Shown here piece by piece: positions 1 to 7,996 of a stretch of 63,948 bases of DNA. The position numbers and the translations under genes are program-made. The DNA lies in IMG/VR virus record IMGVR_UViG_3300050343_000213, positions 1-63,948 of that record. The stretch is one strand, 5' to 3'. Position 1 is the stretch's first letter, and every line of letters begins with the position of its first letter. Below the pieces are notes generated by a model. It did not search any database. It had not been told where the DNA came from and saw nothing but the letters and a program-made list of their open reading frames with translations. The DNA is from a virus. Lineage: Duplodnaviria; Caudoviricetes.

Positions 1-711
1 AGCATCACGTTTTATTTGTGAAATTCTTACATGAGCAGTGCTCACACTAATTCCAACTTGAGTGGCTATATCGTTTGCAGAATGCTTATCACAGTCTAAA
101 CCGTAACTTAGCCTCAATACATTATATTGTCTTTCGTCTAAATGCGTTCGCATTAAACCTAGCAAATAAGTATTTAATAAAGCTATGTTATATGGTTCGG
201 ATTTGTCTATTACTTGATAAGCTAAATTTTCATCATCATTAGGGCTAGCATCGATTGAAGAGAATACTGAATTAAAGAACATTGCAACAAGCTTTTCATC
301 TTTAGGATTCTTGCGTATTTCATTTAATTTATGTTCAGGTATTCTTATCTCACCTCTGTTCATATCAACGGCTCGTCTGATTGCTCCCTTAATTCGTTTA
401 GATAAAAACGATTTAAGTGTTTTTTCTTGGTCTTCAGATTTCAATAGTAATTCTCTGTCTAGTTTATTTACTGCGGCAATTAATGCATAATTACCATCCT
501 GTATTAAATCTAGTATAGACAGTATACCTGATGCTTGATTAGTTGTTGATTGTTTTCTCGCTATGTTTTCAACTAGCGGTAAGAAGTTTATTATTAGTTC
601 TTCATTAGTTAATTTAGTATAATCACCGTCAATTGGTTTATTTACTTCTTCAATTGCATCTTCAACTTCTTCTTTATATTTTAAATATATTGGTATGTTA
701 TATTTTTTCAT
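1..711 (-). CDS. Phage sigma70-family RNA polymerase sigma factor (3' end runs off window)
   Basis: Missing from the ORF track; translated by hand from ATG at 711. Region-2-like LIINFLPLVENIARK...DLIQDGNYALIAAVNK...FLSKRIKGAIRRAVD...IRIPEH and region-4 HTH LSYGLDCDKHSANDIATQVGIS...VRISQIKRDA. Confidence 0.85.
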   Translation of the reverse strand, partial: MKKYNIPIYLKYKEEVEDAIEEVNKPIDGDYTKLTNEELIINFLPLVENIARKQSTTNQASGILSILDLIQDGNYALIAAVNKLDRELLLKSEDQEKTLKSFLSKRIKGAIRRAVDMNRGEIRIPEHKLNEIRKNPKDEKLVAMFFNSVFSSIDASPNDDENLAYQVIDKSEPYNIALLNTYLLGLMRTHLDERQYNVLRLSYGLDCDKHSANDIATQVGISVSTAHVRISQIKRDA

Positions 712-1346
712 AGTTCATTATTAAGTAGTTCTTTTTCTGTTTTCAATTGATTGCCCATATTTCTGTGTATTGTTCTTGTGGTACAACTTAATAACTTGGC
801 TAGTTTACTTATTGTTATCTTTTGCTTTTCGTGATTGAGATCAAGCATACATTGGTATATGTCGTCTTCTGAAACTTTTTTACCTTTACCAATTAGTTTA
901 CCTACTATGCTTAGCTTCTGTGATAATGTTAAACCTGTACCGTGTTTGAATATTACTTTACGTATTCGATTACGAGGAGGTGTATCACCGATGCCAAGCA
1001 CTTCATTAATCATATTGTCAAGTATTTTTTGTTTCATAAAGAATGTAACAAAACCGTTTTCTTTGTCTGCAATAAAATTAAATATGGACCGCATATCATC
1101 ATCAAGTGAAACATCATCTCCTTCGATGCCATCTGCATTTAAATAGTATAAAACTAAAAAATGCCACTTTAATGATTTATATGTAGTTATCTTTGCTTTA
1201 CTGCGAAATAGATTGTAGCATTGGAACGTACCTTCCGCGTAGTAATCATATAGATTAGTTGATTCGGTTGGCAGATCTGAGATAGGGTTACGGTAATATA
1301 TAACTTGCCTATCGTTCAGCCACTTTAAGTTTCTATCTTGTGACAT
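708..1346 (-). CDS. DNA-binding protein with C-terminal helix-turn-helix
   Basis: C-terminal KITISKLAKLLSCTTRTIHRNM is HTH-like; stop overlaps the sigma start (ATGA). Confidence 0.6.
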   Translation of the reverse strand: MSQDRNLKWLNDRQVIYYRNPISDLPTESTNLYDYYAEGTFQCYNLFRSKAKITTYKSLKWHFLVLYYLNADGIEGDDVSLDDDMRSIFNFIADKENGFVTFFMKQKILDNMINEVLGIGDTPPRNRIRKVIFKHGTGLTLSQKLSIVGKLIGKGKKVSEDDIYQCMLDLNHEKQKITISKLAKLLSCTTRTIHRNMGNQLKTEKELLNNEL

Positions 1347-1384
1347 TAGCTTATTACTAATTATTATTTATTAGCTTTCGTCGC
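1340..1384. promoter_or_regulatory. Palindromic site copy 1, overlapping the HTH gene start codon
   Basis: GTGACATTAGCT-N21-AGCTTTCGTCGC; related copies at 7951 and 8504. Confidence 0.55.
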
Positions 1385-1469
1385 TCTTCTCGGCTTTTGA
1401 AATTTCTTTATTTTGTTTGCAATGTTAAAAACATTTGCATTTATTAAATGCTTTGCATTTTTTGTTGTT

Positions 1470-1820
1470 TTACTCATTTAATTCAATTTTAATGTTATTC
1501 CATTTTCCCATAGTGCCAACGTTAACAAGAAAGTCAATACGTTTAGTAAAACGTTTATTCATTCTGTCTTGTACGGTCCAGTCACCATCAAATTCTCTAC
1601 TTATTCCTTCTATGCAGACGCTCGCTCCAAACGTGTAACCCAACTTTTCAAGGTCTCGAGAAACCGCAATCCATCTGTGCCCAGCAGGGTTATCAGGATT
1701 AATATGTTTCATTGAGGCAGTGACGAATGGAGTGCTGTCTGTCTGTTCAATTACCGCATGGTAAACCGTAGCGGTCACTAACTCCCCGAGGAATAGTGTT
1801 AAAATTATAAGCTGTTTCAT
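1470..1820 (-). CDS. Secreted 3D-domain/RlpA-like protein (putative peptidoglycan lytic)
   Basis: N-terminal hydrophobic signal; VTATVY...QTDSTPFVTAS...IAVSRDL...VQDRMNKRF...IDFLV pattern. Confidence 0.65.
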   Translation of the reverse strand: MKQLIILTLFLGELVTATVYHAVIEQTDSTPFVTASMKHINPDNPAGHRWIAVSRDLEKLGYTFGASVCIEGISREFDGDWTVQDRMNKRFTKRIDFLVNVGTMGKWNNIKIELNE

Positions 1821-2277
1821 TCTTATTTATTATTTTTGCTTTTTCTATTATGTAATACGTCCAATACCCGTGTATAGCATTTGACCGTTTGAACTCGTCA
1901 GGCATACACTGTGGTGGTTGCTCAAACTTGTTACCAAGTGGCATACCTACAGGACAGTTTTTCAATACATCAAAACATTTTTCAATACTTAAATGTCGTT
2001 TGTTATATCGTTTAGTGTACTCATTACCGAGTGCTAGCATGTGTTCAAATAACCAATAGTACTGTGCACTTGTTTCACGGCACCATATACTTGAAGGGTG
2101 GTTGTAATGTGCTTTTTTATATGGTATATAAGAAGCATCATAATCTCGCTCTTCTGCATAATGATGATGGGCCGTACAGAGCATTTGGGCGCTCTCTAAG
2201 ATCATTTTAACTTTGTGTTTGTCATAAACATAACTCGCTGCTAAATGAGGGTCGTCGTGTAAATAAAATATATTCAT
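1747..2277 (-). CDS. Pyrimidine-dimer DNA glycosylase (DenV-like) family protein
   Basis: MNIFYL...DKHKVKMILESAQMLCTAH...HYNHPSSIW...EYTKRYNKRH...PPQCMPD motif set. Confidence 0.7.
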   Translation of the reverse strand: MNIFYLHDDPHLAASYVYDKHKVKMILESAQMLCTAHHHYAEERDYDASYIPYKKAHYNHPSSIWCRETSAQYYWLFEHMLALGNEYTKRYNKRHLSIEKCFDVLKNCPVGMPLGNKFEQPPQCMPDEFKRSNAIHGYWTYYIIEKAKIINKNETAYNFNTIPRGVSDRYGLPCGN

Positions 2278-2473
2278 GCTTTATTAACTCTATTATAGTG
2301 TGTGTCTAATAATATGTTAGCAACTTCTATGCTTATCATATTTTCGTTGTATAATTGCCATATAACTTTACTCATAATTGTATATTTCTTCAAGTTCACA
2401 TATTAACATTTCATCTATTTCTTCTATAGAAAACCTATAAAAGTTTGGGTGTGTGTATGCTTTAGTCCAAGGG

Positions 2474-3328
2474 TTATTCATAATTTCTAATGGTTTTAAA
2501 TAGTGGGTGTCTGTAACTACCGTACTGAGTACGTTCGAAATAAGTAAACGTAGCTCGTTTGCCTATGTAGTCATGAATATTGTTAAGTATATTAGCTAAA
2601 TCTTTGTAGTTGTAGCCTTTACCTGGAGGACAACCAAATTTTATGCCATCATCATCTTGCATTAAGAACTTGCCAAGAGTACCTTCACGTTTGCCTTTGC
2701 CAGTTTCATAACCTACAATTGTAGCCTCGGTGTCGTTAAAGTCTTTAAATTTTTGTAAGTTGTAAGATCGTTTTTGCTGATAAGGTTTATCTAGACGTAG
2801 TATAGAGCCTTCGTAACCGTTATTTAGATTATACTGATGTCTTAATTGTGCAGAGTCTTTAGAATTAACTAGAGTAGTTTCTACATATTTAATACAGTAG
2901 TTGTACATATCAGAACAAGCTAGTTGATCAGACCTGTAACTGTAAGGCTTATCCATAACTGTTTCTATATAGTCATAGCAGTGAAACTGTATTAGTCTTT
3001 CAGCTTCAGCTTTATCAGCATCAGTTGGTTTTTGTTTTCTAACTAATGATATAATCTTTTCGAAGTCATCTTTAAGATCATGGTTGTATAATTCACCGTC
3101 GAGCACGACATCTACATTAGCATAGTCAAAGAAAAATTTGTTTAACGATAGTTTAATGTGTTCAAGATTGTGAAATTCTTTACCTGTACGTGAGAAACAT
3201 CTAATGTTTTCTTTGTCGTCGACGTATATAACACACCTTACGCCGTCAAGCTTGGGTTGAATGTATACTTTCTCGGACCAGTCGACAGGTTTTTTGTCTA
3301 CTTTGTATGCGAGCATTGGTTTTATCAT
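2474..3328 (-). CDS. lig: ATP-dependent DNA ligase
   Basis: Motif I QPKLDGVRC, LDGELY, GYEGSILR, LQKFK, C-terminal YRHPLFK. Confidence 0.92.
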   Translation of the reverse strand: MIKPMLAYKVDKKPVDWSEKVYIQPKLDGVRCVIYVDDKENIRCFSRTGKEFHNLEHIKLSLNKFFFDYANVDVVLDGELYNHDLKDDFEKIISLVRKQKPTDADKAEAERLIQFHCYDYIETVMDKPYSYRSDQLACSDMYNYCIKYVETTLVNSKDSAQLRHQYNLNNGYEGSILRLDKPYQQKRSYNLQKFKDFNDTEATIVGYETGKGKREGTLGKFLMQDDDGIKFGCPPGKGYNYKDLANILNNIHDYIGKRATFTYFERTQYGSYRHPLFKTIRNYE

Positions 3329-3582
3329 AATTCTTTTTTTATTTTATTTATTCTTTTTTTAATTAATGCGGCTTGTTCGTATTCTTCGTTAGCCTCGTAT
3401 TCTTTCATTACACCAGTCAAACTTTCTATTTCTTCAAGTAATAAATCATTTGTGCTGTAATACTTAGATTCCTGTTGTCGTACGACATCAAGCCCGTAAG
3501 TTGCTGTTTCAGGATTTATAAACTCATTGTATAAATCGGTACGTATTCTGCGGTATAGCATTTTGTATTCGTCGTCTGTCAT
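3325..3582 (-). CDS. Small protein with C-terminal UvrB/UvrC-like coiled-coil motif
   Basis: EEYEQAALIKKRI resembles the UVR motif. Confidence 0.5.
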   Translation of the reverse strand: MTDDEYKMLYRRIRTDLYNEFINPETATYGLDVVRQQESKYYSTNDLLLEEIESLTGVMKEYEANEEYEQAALIKKRINKIKKEL

Positions 3583-3589
3583 ATATTAT

Positions 3590-3622
3590 TATTATACATT
3601 TGCGTTCGTGTTTATTCTGTGT
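3590..3622 (-). promoter_or_regulatory. Early-arm promoter-like repeat 1
   Basis: Plus strand TATTATAC-atttgcg-TTCGTGTTTATTCTGTGT, i.e. ACGAA-N7-GTATAATA on minus, just upstream of a start codon. Confidence 0.75.
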
Positions 3623-3998
3623 CGTTTAATTCTTTTTCAGATTCAATTTTGTCTTGTACTATTATATATTGTTCATGAAGTAAATCATCGATATATAATT
3701 CGTCGTAAATTTCTTCATCAACAAATATATCAAGACCGTCTTTAACACAACTTATAATTTCATCAACTAATCCATTAGCATAGTAATAAACATTTTCAGG
3801 GTTAAAACCATAATCGTCGTTTGCATGAGCCCAATATACTGTATAAGAGTCTGCAGTATATACAGATTCAAAAATATAGTCACAAGTATTAGTTCCCATA
3901 TAATCGGTTGTTATTTTAGAGTTGTAATAATCTAATATCCAAGTCTTTGCTTCTTCGGGTGTGACATCGTGCATGTCTTCTTTATATATTTTTTCCAT
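3612..3998 (-). CDS. Acidic hypothetical protein
   Basis: 128-aa ORF tightly packed in the minus-strand operon. Confidence 0.6.
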   Translation of the reverse strand: MEKIYKEDMHDVTPEEAKTWILDYYNSKITTDYMGTNTCDYIFESVYTADSYTVYWAHANDDYGFNPENVYYYANGLVDEIISCVKDGLDIFVDEEIYDELYIDDLLHEQYIIVQDKIESEKELNDTE

Positions 3999-3999
3999 A

Positions 4000-4248
4000 T
4001 TAATCTAGTAATACCATATAGGCTTTAGGGTTATTTGTTCTGAACCATGACAAACCGTCTTGCCAGTTTTTAATTACAGAATCATTTAAATTTGTTGAGG
4101 GTATCATTGCGCACCCCATAACAAAGTCGTACATACTTAATTCTAAGTTGTTAAGTTCGTAGCTTTCGCCAGAGAATGGATTTGTTACACTATCGCCTTG
4201 ATTGTATACGGTTCCATTAAACCATTTAGGTAATTTATTTTCTTTCAT
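4000..4248 (-). CDS. Hypothetical phage protein
   Basis: 82-aa ORF, coupled to neighbours. Confidence 0.6.
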   Translation of the reverse strand: MKENKLPKWFNGTVYNQGDSVTNPFSGESYELNNLELSMYDFVMGCAMIPSTNLNDSVIKNWQDGLSWFRTNNPKAYMVLLD

Positions 4249-4727
4249 ATTAAATTTATTTTTTGCTTCATAGGTTTTATTTCTTTATTCCACTGTGTGT
4301 AGCCTGCATTAGGTTCTGCATATTTTTCTATTATTTTATTAGGACTACCTACAAATATATTTTTATTTGAGTAGTTATCCCAACAACTTATCCAAACATC
4401 AGGTTTGCCAACCCATATAATCCATGTATACTGGTGGTCAACTGATGTGACACTAGGATATAAATATTGACTGTTGTAGTGAAAGTCGTGTGCTAAGTGG
4501 CTTGCAATTCTAGAACCATCACCAAATTGAGTGAAGCCTTCATCTTTTTGCATGTAGTTTACCCAGTTAGCTAGCTCAACACCACGCCACGAAGGATAAC
4601 CATCATGGTGCATGTACATATTTACATAGCTATCGTCTTTAACCTGTTCAGGATTAACTGCGAAGCCTGCTTCAAATTGTTTTGCTTCTGATCGATTTAC
4701 GACCATTGTTACGTTTCTAGTACTCAT
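4245..4727 (-). CDS. Hypothetical phage protein (MSTR...YxHxDGYP type)
   Basis: MSTR start and YMHHDGYP motif recur in phage early proteins; function unknown. Confidence 0.6.
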   Translation of the reverse strand: MSTRNVTMVVNRSEAKQFEAGFAVNPEQVKDDSYVNMYMHHDGYPSWRGVELANWVNYMQKDEGFTQFGDGSRIASHLAHDFHYNSQYLYPSVTSVDHQYTWIIWVGKPDVWISCWDNYSNKNIFVGSPNKIIEKYAEPNAGYTQWNKEIKPMKQKINLI

Positions 4728-4728
4728 A

Positions 4729-4947
4729 TTATTTAATTAGGGATGATAAGTATAACCATACTTGTTTTTGTTTGTATAAACCGCTTAAAATACTTTCGTG
4801 CATTTCAACGGTGATACCGACTTTAGATAATGTTTTGTTATCTATGTTTTCCTGACAGTCTTTAATCTCATTTTCAAGGTGGCATAAGTTTGCAAAAACT
4901 TTACAGACTGCTCGCTCTTTCGTTTCTTTAAGGTGATCAACATTCAT
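4729..4947 (-). CDS. Hypothetical protein
   Basis: 72-aa ORF in operon. Confidence 0.5.
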   Translation of the reverse strand: MNVDHLKETKERAVCKVFANLCHLENEIKDCQENIDNKTLSKVGITVEMHESILSGLYKQKQVWLYLSSLIK

Positions 4948-5174
4948 TAGTCTTTAATTATTATATTGTCGCCGTATAGCACAGAATCTACTGATCTGTC
5001 GTAGAAGTCTGCCCACGTTTGTAGTTGCCTGACGTCGTCAACAGTTAATTGATACCACGCTGTGTGGCTCATTAGTCTGTATTTTAGTTGTTTAGCGGTG
5101 GCGTATTCCCTCGCATTTGCATTTAGATTTTTCTTTAATTCAGGAAATAATCTTTGGTAAAGTGATTTGCTCAT
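4947..5174 (-). CDS. Hypothetical protein
   Basis: 75-aa ORF directly downstream of promoter repeat 2. Confidence 0.55.
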   Translation of the reverse strand: MSKSLYQRLFPELKKNLNANAREYATAKQLKYRLMSHTAWYQLTVDDVRQLQTWADFYDRSVDSVLYGDNIIIKD

Positions 5175-5191
5175 AGTTTATTAATTTATTA

Positions 5192-5224
5192 TATTATACA
5201 ATTTAGTTCGTGTTTGTTCTGTGT
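5192..5224 (-). promoter_or_regulatory. Early-arm promoter-like repeat 2
   Basis: TATTATAC-aatttag-TTCGTGTTTGTTCTGTGT. Confidence 0.75.
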
Positions 5225-5379
5225 TAAACCATTTCTTCAATTACACCGATTAACTCGCTGATTATCAATACTATAGTTGCCGCTATTATGTCGAAAGGTA
5301 TTAGCACATACCCGCCAATTCTTACTGTACTCTTCAGAATTGACACATAAAAATGTTTCGTTGCATTTGGATATTTCAT
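5224..5379 (-). CDS. Small membrane protein (51 aa)
   Basis: Hand translation MKYPNATKHFYVSILKSTVRIGGYVLIPFDIIAATIVLIISELIGVIEEMV. Confidence 0.6.
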   Translation of the reverse strand: MKYPNATKHFYVSILKSTVRIGGYVLIPFDIIAATIVLIISELIGVIEEMV

Positions 5380-5382
5380 TAG

Positions 5383-5454
<72 letters not shown>

Positions 5455-5459
5455 TTTAG

Positions 5460-5541
5460 TGGAAGTGGGCGGAGTCGAACCGCCGTTTGAGATGTCGTGT
5501 ACCGCAATCAAGCGAACAGTCTCACTTACCATATCACTCCC
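5460..5541 (-). ncRNA. 82-nt tRNA-like RNA resembling an isolated tmRNA tRNA-like domain (Ala identity)
   Basis: Acceptor GGGAGTG/CACTTCC with G3-U70 and A73; T-arm GGCGG TTCGACT CCGCC; stemless D-loop ATATGGTAAG; irregular stem in place of an anticodon arm. Confidence 0.7.
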
Positions 5542-5545
5542 TATT

Positions 5546-5732
5546 GTAGCAGGCAATTCACCTATGTGTAAGTTAGTGTAGCGTCTGGAAATTCATCAAA
5601 CAATTATTAAGTGTAATACACTTCCGTCTTCTTTTGGGTAATTACTCCCTAGAATTCACATATACTTATAATTGGCTTCAAATCCTTCTTAGCTTCCTAT
5701 TTCTTACCTAATTAAGCTACTCGTCCTGCTAC
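5546..5732 (-). ncRNA. Candidate 187-nt structured RNA
   Basis: Perfect 8-bp terminal pairing GTAGCAGG/CCTGCTAC; internal TAGCTT/AAGCTA, CAATTAT/ATAATTG and AAGTGT/ACACTT; no credible ORF; ends 4 nt before the tRNA-like element. Confidence 0.45.
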
Positions 5733-5917
5733 TTTCTTCGCCAAGCTCGGTGAACTGAATCGCTCACTTCTTGACTCACTATCTGTATTGTGTTACCTGT
5801 TTTATGTGCTATTATAGGTACATAAGAATAGGTTTGGGTTGTTGAACAAGGCATACAAGTTCTATATCCTAATTTGATTCGTACTTCGTGTACTTTGTCG
5901 CCGCATTTACAATACAT
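5729..5917 (-). CDS. C4 zinc-finger protein (DksA/TraR-like finger)
   Basis: CKCGDKVHEVRIKLGYRTCMPC. Confidence 0.55.
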   Translation of the reverse strand: MYCKCGDKVHEVRIKLGYRTCMPCSTTQTYSYVPIIAHKTGNTIQIVSQEVSDSVHRAWRRK

Positions 5918-5944
5918 ATATTAATTTTTTATTTGTTACATTTA

Positions 5945-5977
5945 TATTATACGATCTCATTCGTATTTGTTTTGTAT
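5945..5977 (-). promoter_or_regulatory. Early-arm promoter-like repeat 3
   Basis: TATTATAC-gatctca-TTCGTATTTGTTTTGTAT. Confidence 0.75.
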
Positions 5978-6059
5978 CCATTGTTGAATACCTGAGTTGT
6001 ATCGTTCCCAATACTGTTGTTCCGCTGCAATTATCTGTGCTTGCAGTAATTTGTGGTGG

Positions 6060-6251
6060 CTAAACTTTCTCTTTTGTTTCTTCATATAATTTTCTTATTG
6101 CTAAGTTCATGACGTGTGAATGTATAGCGTTGTAGTTATCGCCTTCTGCTTCATATTCTGATAGTTGCCAGTCAACACTATCATACATTAATTCTTTGGT
6201 GACGTCTGCAATACCTTGTGCAATATCGTCTAATTCTTTCATTTTGCTCAT
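6060..6251 (-). CDS. Hypothetical protein
   Basis: 63-aa acidic ORF. Confidence 0.55.
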   Translation of the reverse strand: MSKMKELDDIAQGIADVTKELMYDSVDWQLSEYEAEGDNYNAIHSHVMNLAIRKLYEETKEKV

Positions 6252-6358
6252 ATTATATATTATTTAGTAATTCATCTTTGTCGAAACCTTGCTCTATTGC
6301 AAACTCTAGTGATCCTTCACCAAACTTTTCTTCGAACAATCGTTCTAATTCTTCTGTA

Positions 6359-6583
6359 TTATTCATTGTAATAAGGTTTTAAGTAGTTAGTGTTATAATT
6401 AATTGATTTTGCTACATTTTGTCTGAATTGCCACTCGTTTTTTCTGTATTCATAGCTTTGACACCATTTTTTCGTTGCAGTTACTTGTGGTATTGTACCG
6501 TATTTGGCTTCGTAGTCAAGACATTGCTGTAGTTTGGCTTGTATTAATTCAGGTTTATAGTCTTTAAATTTATTCATATTCAA
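6359..6583 (-). CDS. Hypothetical protein
   Basis: ORF directly downstream of promoter repeat 4; exact start uncertain. Confidence 0.55.
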   Translation of the reverse strand: MNMNKFKDYKPELIQAKLQQCLDYEAKYGTIPQVTATKKWCQSYEYRKNEWQFRQNVAKSINYNTNYLKPYYNE

Positions 6584-6586
6584 TTA

Positions 6587-6619
6587 TATTATACTTATTT
6601 GTTCGTGTTTAGTTTGTAA
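6587..6619 (-). promoter_or_regulatory. Early-arm promoter-like repeat 4
   Basis: TATTATAC-ttatttg-TTCGTGTTTAGTTTGTAA. Confidence 0.75.
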
Positions 6620-6894
6620 GTCACACCGGAGTTGTTATAGTTCCATATTGTAGTGTAACTAGGTTTTTTACGTTTACTGTAGTTGCTTTTTTGTTCAACT
6701 CGGTATCTTTTGTTACCCATACCACTGCAAGGTCCGTGTACTTTGGCCATCTCATAGTGAGAATGAGCTCGTTGTTTTCTTTTTGCTTTGGTAAATGCGA
6801 GGAGTTCTTTCATCGTCTTACATACATAGTAGGTTTTATTTGTCATAGTGTTCAAGTATTTCTTCGACTGCATTACTGAAGTCATGGTGATCAA
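6595..6894 (-). CDS. Basic hypothetical protein
   Basis: K/R-rich ORF; start uncertain. Confidence 0.45.
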   Translation of the reverse strand: MITMTSVMQSKKYLNTMTNKTYYVCKTMKELLAFTKAKRKQRAHSHYEMAKVHGPCSGMGNKRYRVEQKSNYSKRKKPSYTTIWNYNNSGVTYKLNTNK

Positions 6895-7092
6895 TTGTTT
6901 CGTCTCTTAACATTTTAGCATGGAAGTGCAGTTCGTTAAGTAATTCGCGTAGTGTTTTATCTAGTATCATAATGTAAACCCTCCGTTGTTAAGTAAGTTA
7001 GTTAAGTAGATTACTGTTCCGATAAAGATTGCAAGGTTGTACTTTTGTACCGTAGTCATTTCATTATTATTTTTCATATTATTAATTTATTA

Positions 7093-7125
7093 TATTATAC
7101 GTTAGTGTTCGTGTTTAGTTTGTGA
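7093..7125 (-). promoter_or_regulatory. Early-arm promoter-like repeat 5
   Basis: TATTATAC-gttagtg-TTCGTGTTTAGTTTGTGA. Confidence 0.75.
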
Positions 7126-7209
7126 GTCTCGATTATACCTAGTACATCTTCTCTAGTTAGTTTATCTTCCATTTGCATACCTATTGCCCAAGTAAGATCG
7201 TTTCCGTAA

Positions 7210-7431
7210 TTATCTGTATATATCATTGTATTCGTTTTCTATCATTCCTTGTTCTCTTTCACTCATTTCGTTGAAAGTATATTGTTCACCAAACATTTTT
7301 TTAGTTAATGTTTCTAATATTATATTATCTACAATTTCGTTTATTTTATCTTGTAGTTCGTCACCTTCATATTCATATTGTAAGTGAGAATAGTCTTGTA
7401 TTACTTCGTTATATATTTCTTCTCTATTCAT
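7210..7431 (-). CDS. Acidic hypothetical protein
   Basis: 73-aa E/D-rich ORF. Confidence 0.55.
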   Translation of the reverse strand: MNREEIYNEVIQDYSHLQYEYEGDELQDKINEIVDNIILETLTKKMFGEQYTFNEMSEREQGMIENEYNDIYR

Positions 7432-7603
7432 TTTATATTTCTTTAATTGATTTTATATTATTGTTTTTATAGTATTCTTTTACTTCTTCTATACTTTTAC
7501 TTTTCATATAGTATTTAAAGTTAGTTGGAATTCCTCTTTTATCCCAAGTGTTGTTAGAAATTATTTTAAACATTTTCATATTACTTATTTTTTATTACAC
7601 TTA

Positions 7604-7636
7604 TATTATACAATTAGATTCGTATTAGTTTAGTGA
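7604..7636 (-). promoter_or_regulatory. Early-arm promoter-like repeat 6
   Basis: TATTATAC-aattaga-TTCGTATTAGTTTAGTGA. Confidence 0.75.
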
Positions 7637-7793
7637 AATTCATTATAGATTTCTAATACTTTTCTTTGTTCTTCTTTAGTTAGGTTGAAGACATTTTTGT
7701 TAGGGTAAAGTTTATTAGAGATTCTAATTAAAGCTGAGTGATTATACATAGTTATTATATTTAAAAGTTATTGACAACACTTTGTTATCTTAG

Positions 7794-7834
7794 TTGACAC
7801 GGTGAGAATCGAACTCACAAAAACCGTTGTGTCA
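7794..7834 (-). ncRNA. 41-nt tRNA minihelix-like element (acceptor stem plus T-arm only)
   Basis: TGACACA ACGGTTTTT GTGAG TTCGATT CTCAC CGTGTCA A, followed by CTA like the two other tRNA-type elements. Confidence 0.55.
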
Positions 7835-7950
7835 TTTACTCATTCACATTTTTATACTTATAGAAACAAGTGGAACTTAAAGTAGGTAGTTTGTTTACAG
7901 TTGTTAATTTGTTTACAGATGTAACCCTTCACCTGTGTACCTGTAAAAGT

Positions 7951-7996
7951 GTGACATTAGGTACATAATGATTTAATAGTAGTTAGCTATTGTCAC
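7951..7996. promoter_or_regulatory. Palindromic site copy 2
   Basis: GTGACATTAGGT-N22-AGCTATTGTCAC. Confidence 0.6.

Noticed and set aside
5546-5732. Naming the 187-nt element as RNase P RNA, 6S RNA or a tmRNA coding piece
   Set aside because: No GAGGAAAGUCC-type RNase P signature, the pairing looks branched rather than a 6S rod, and no tag ORF ending in Ala-Ala was found; left unassigned.
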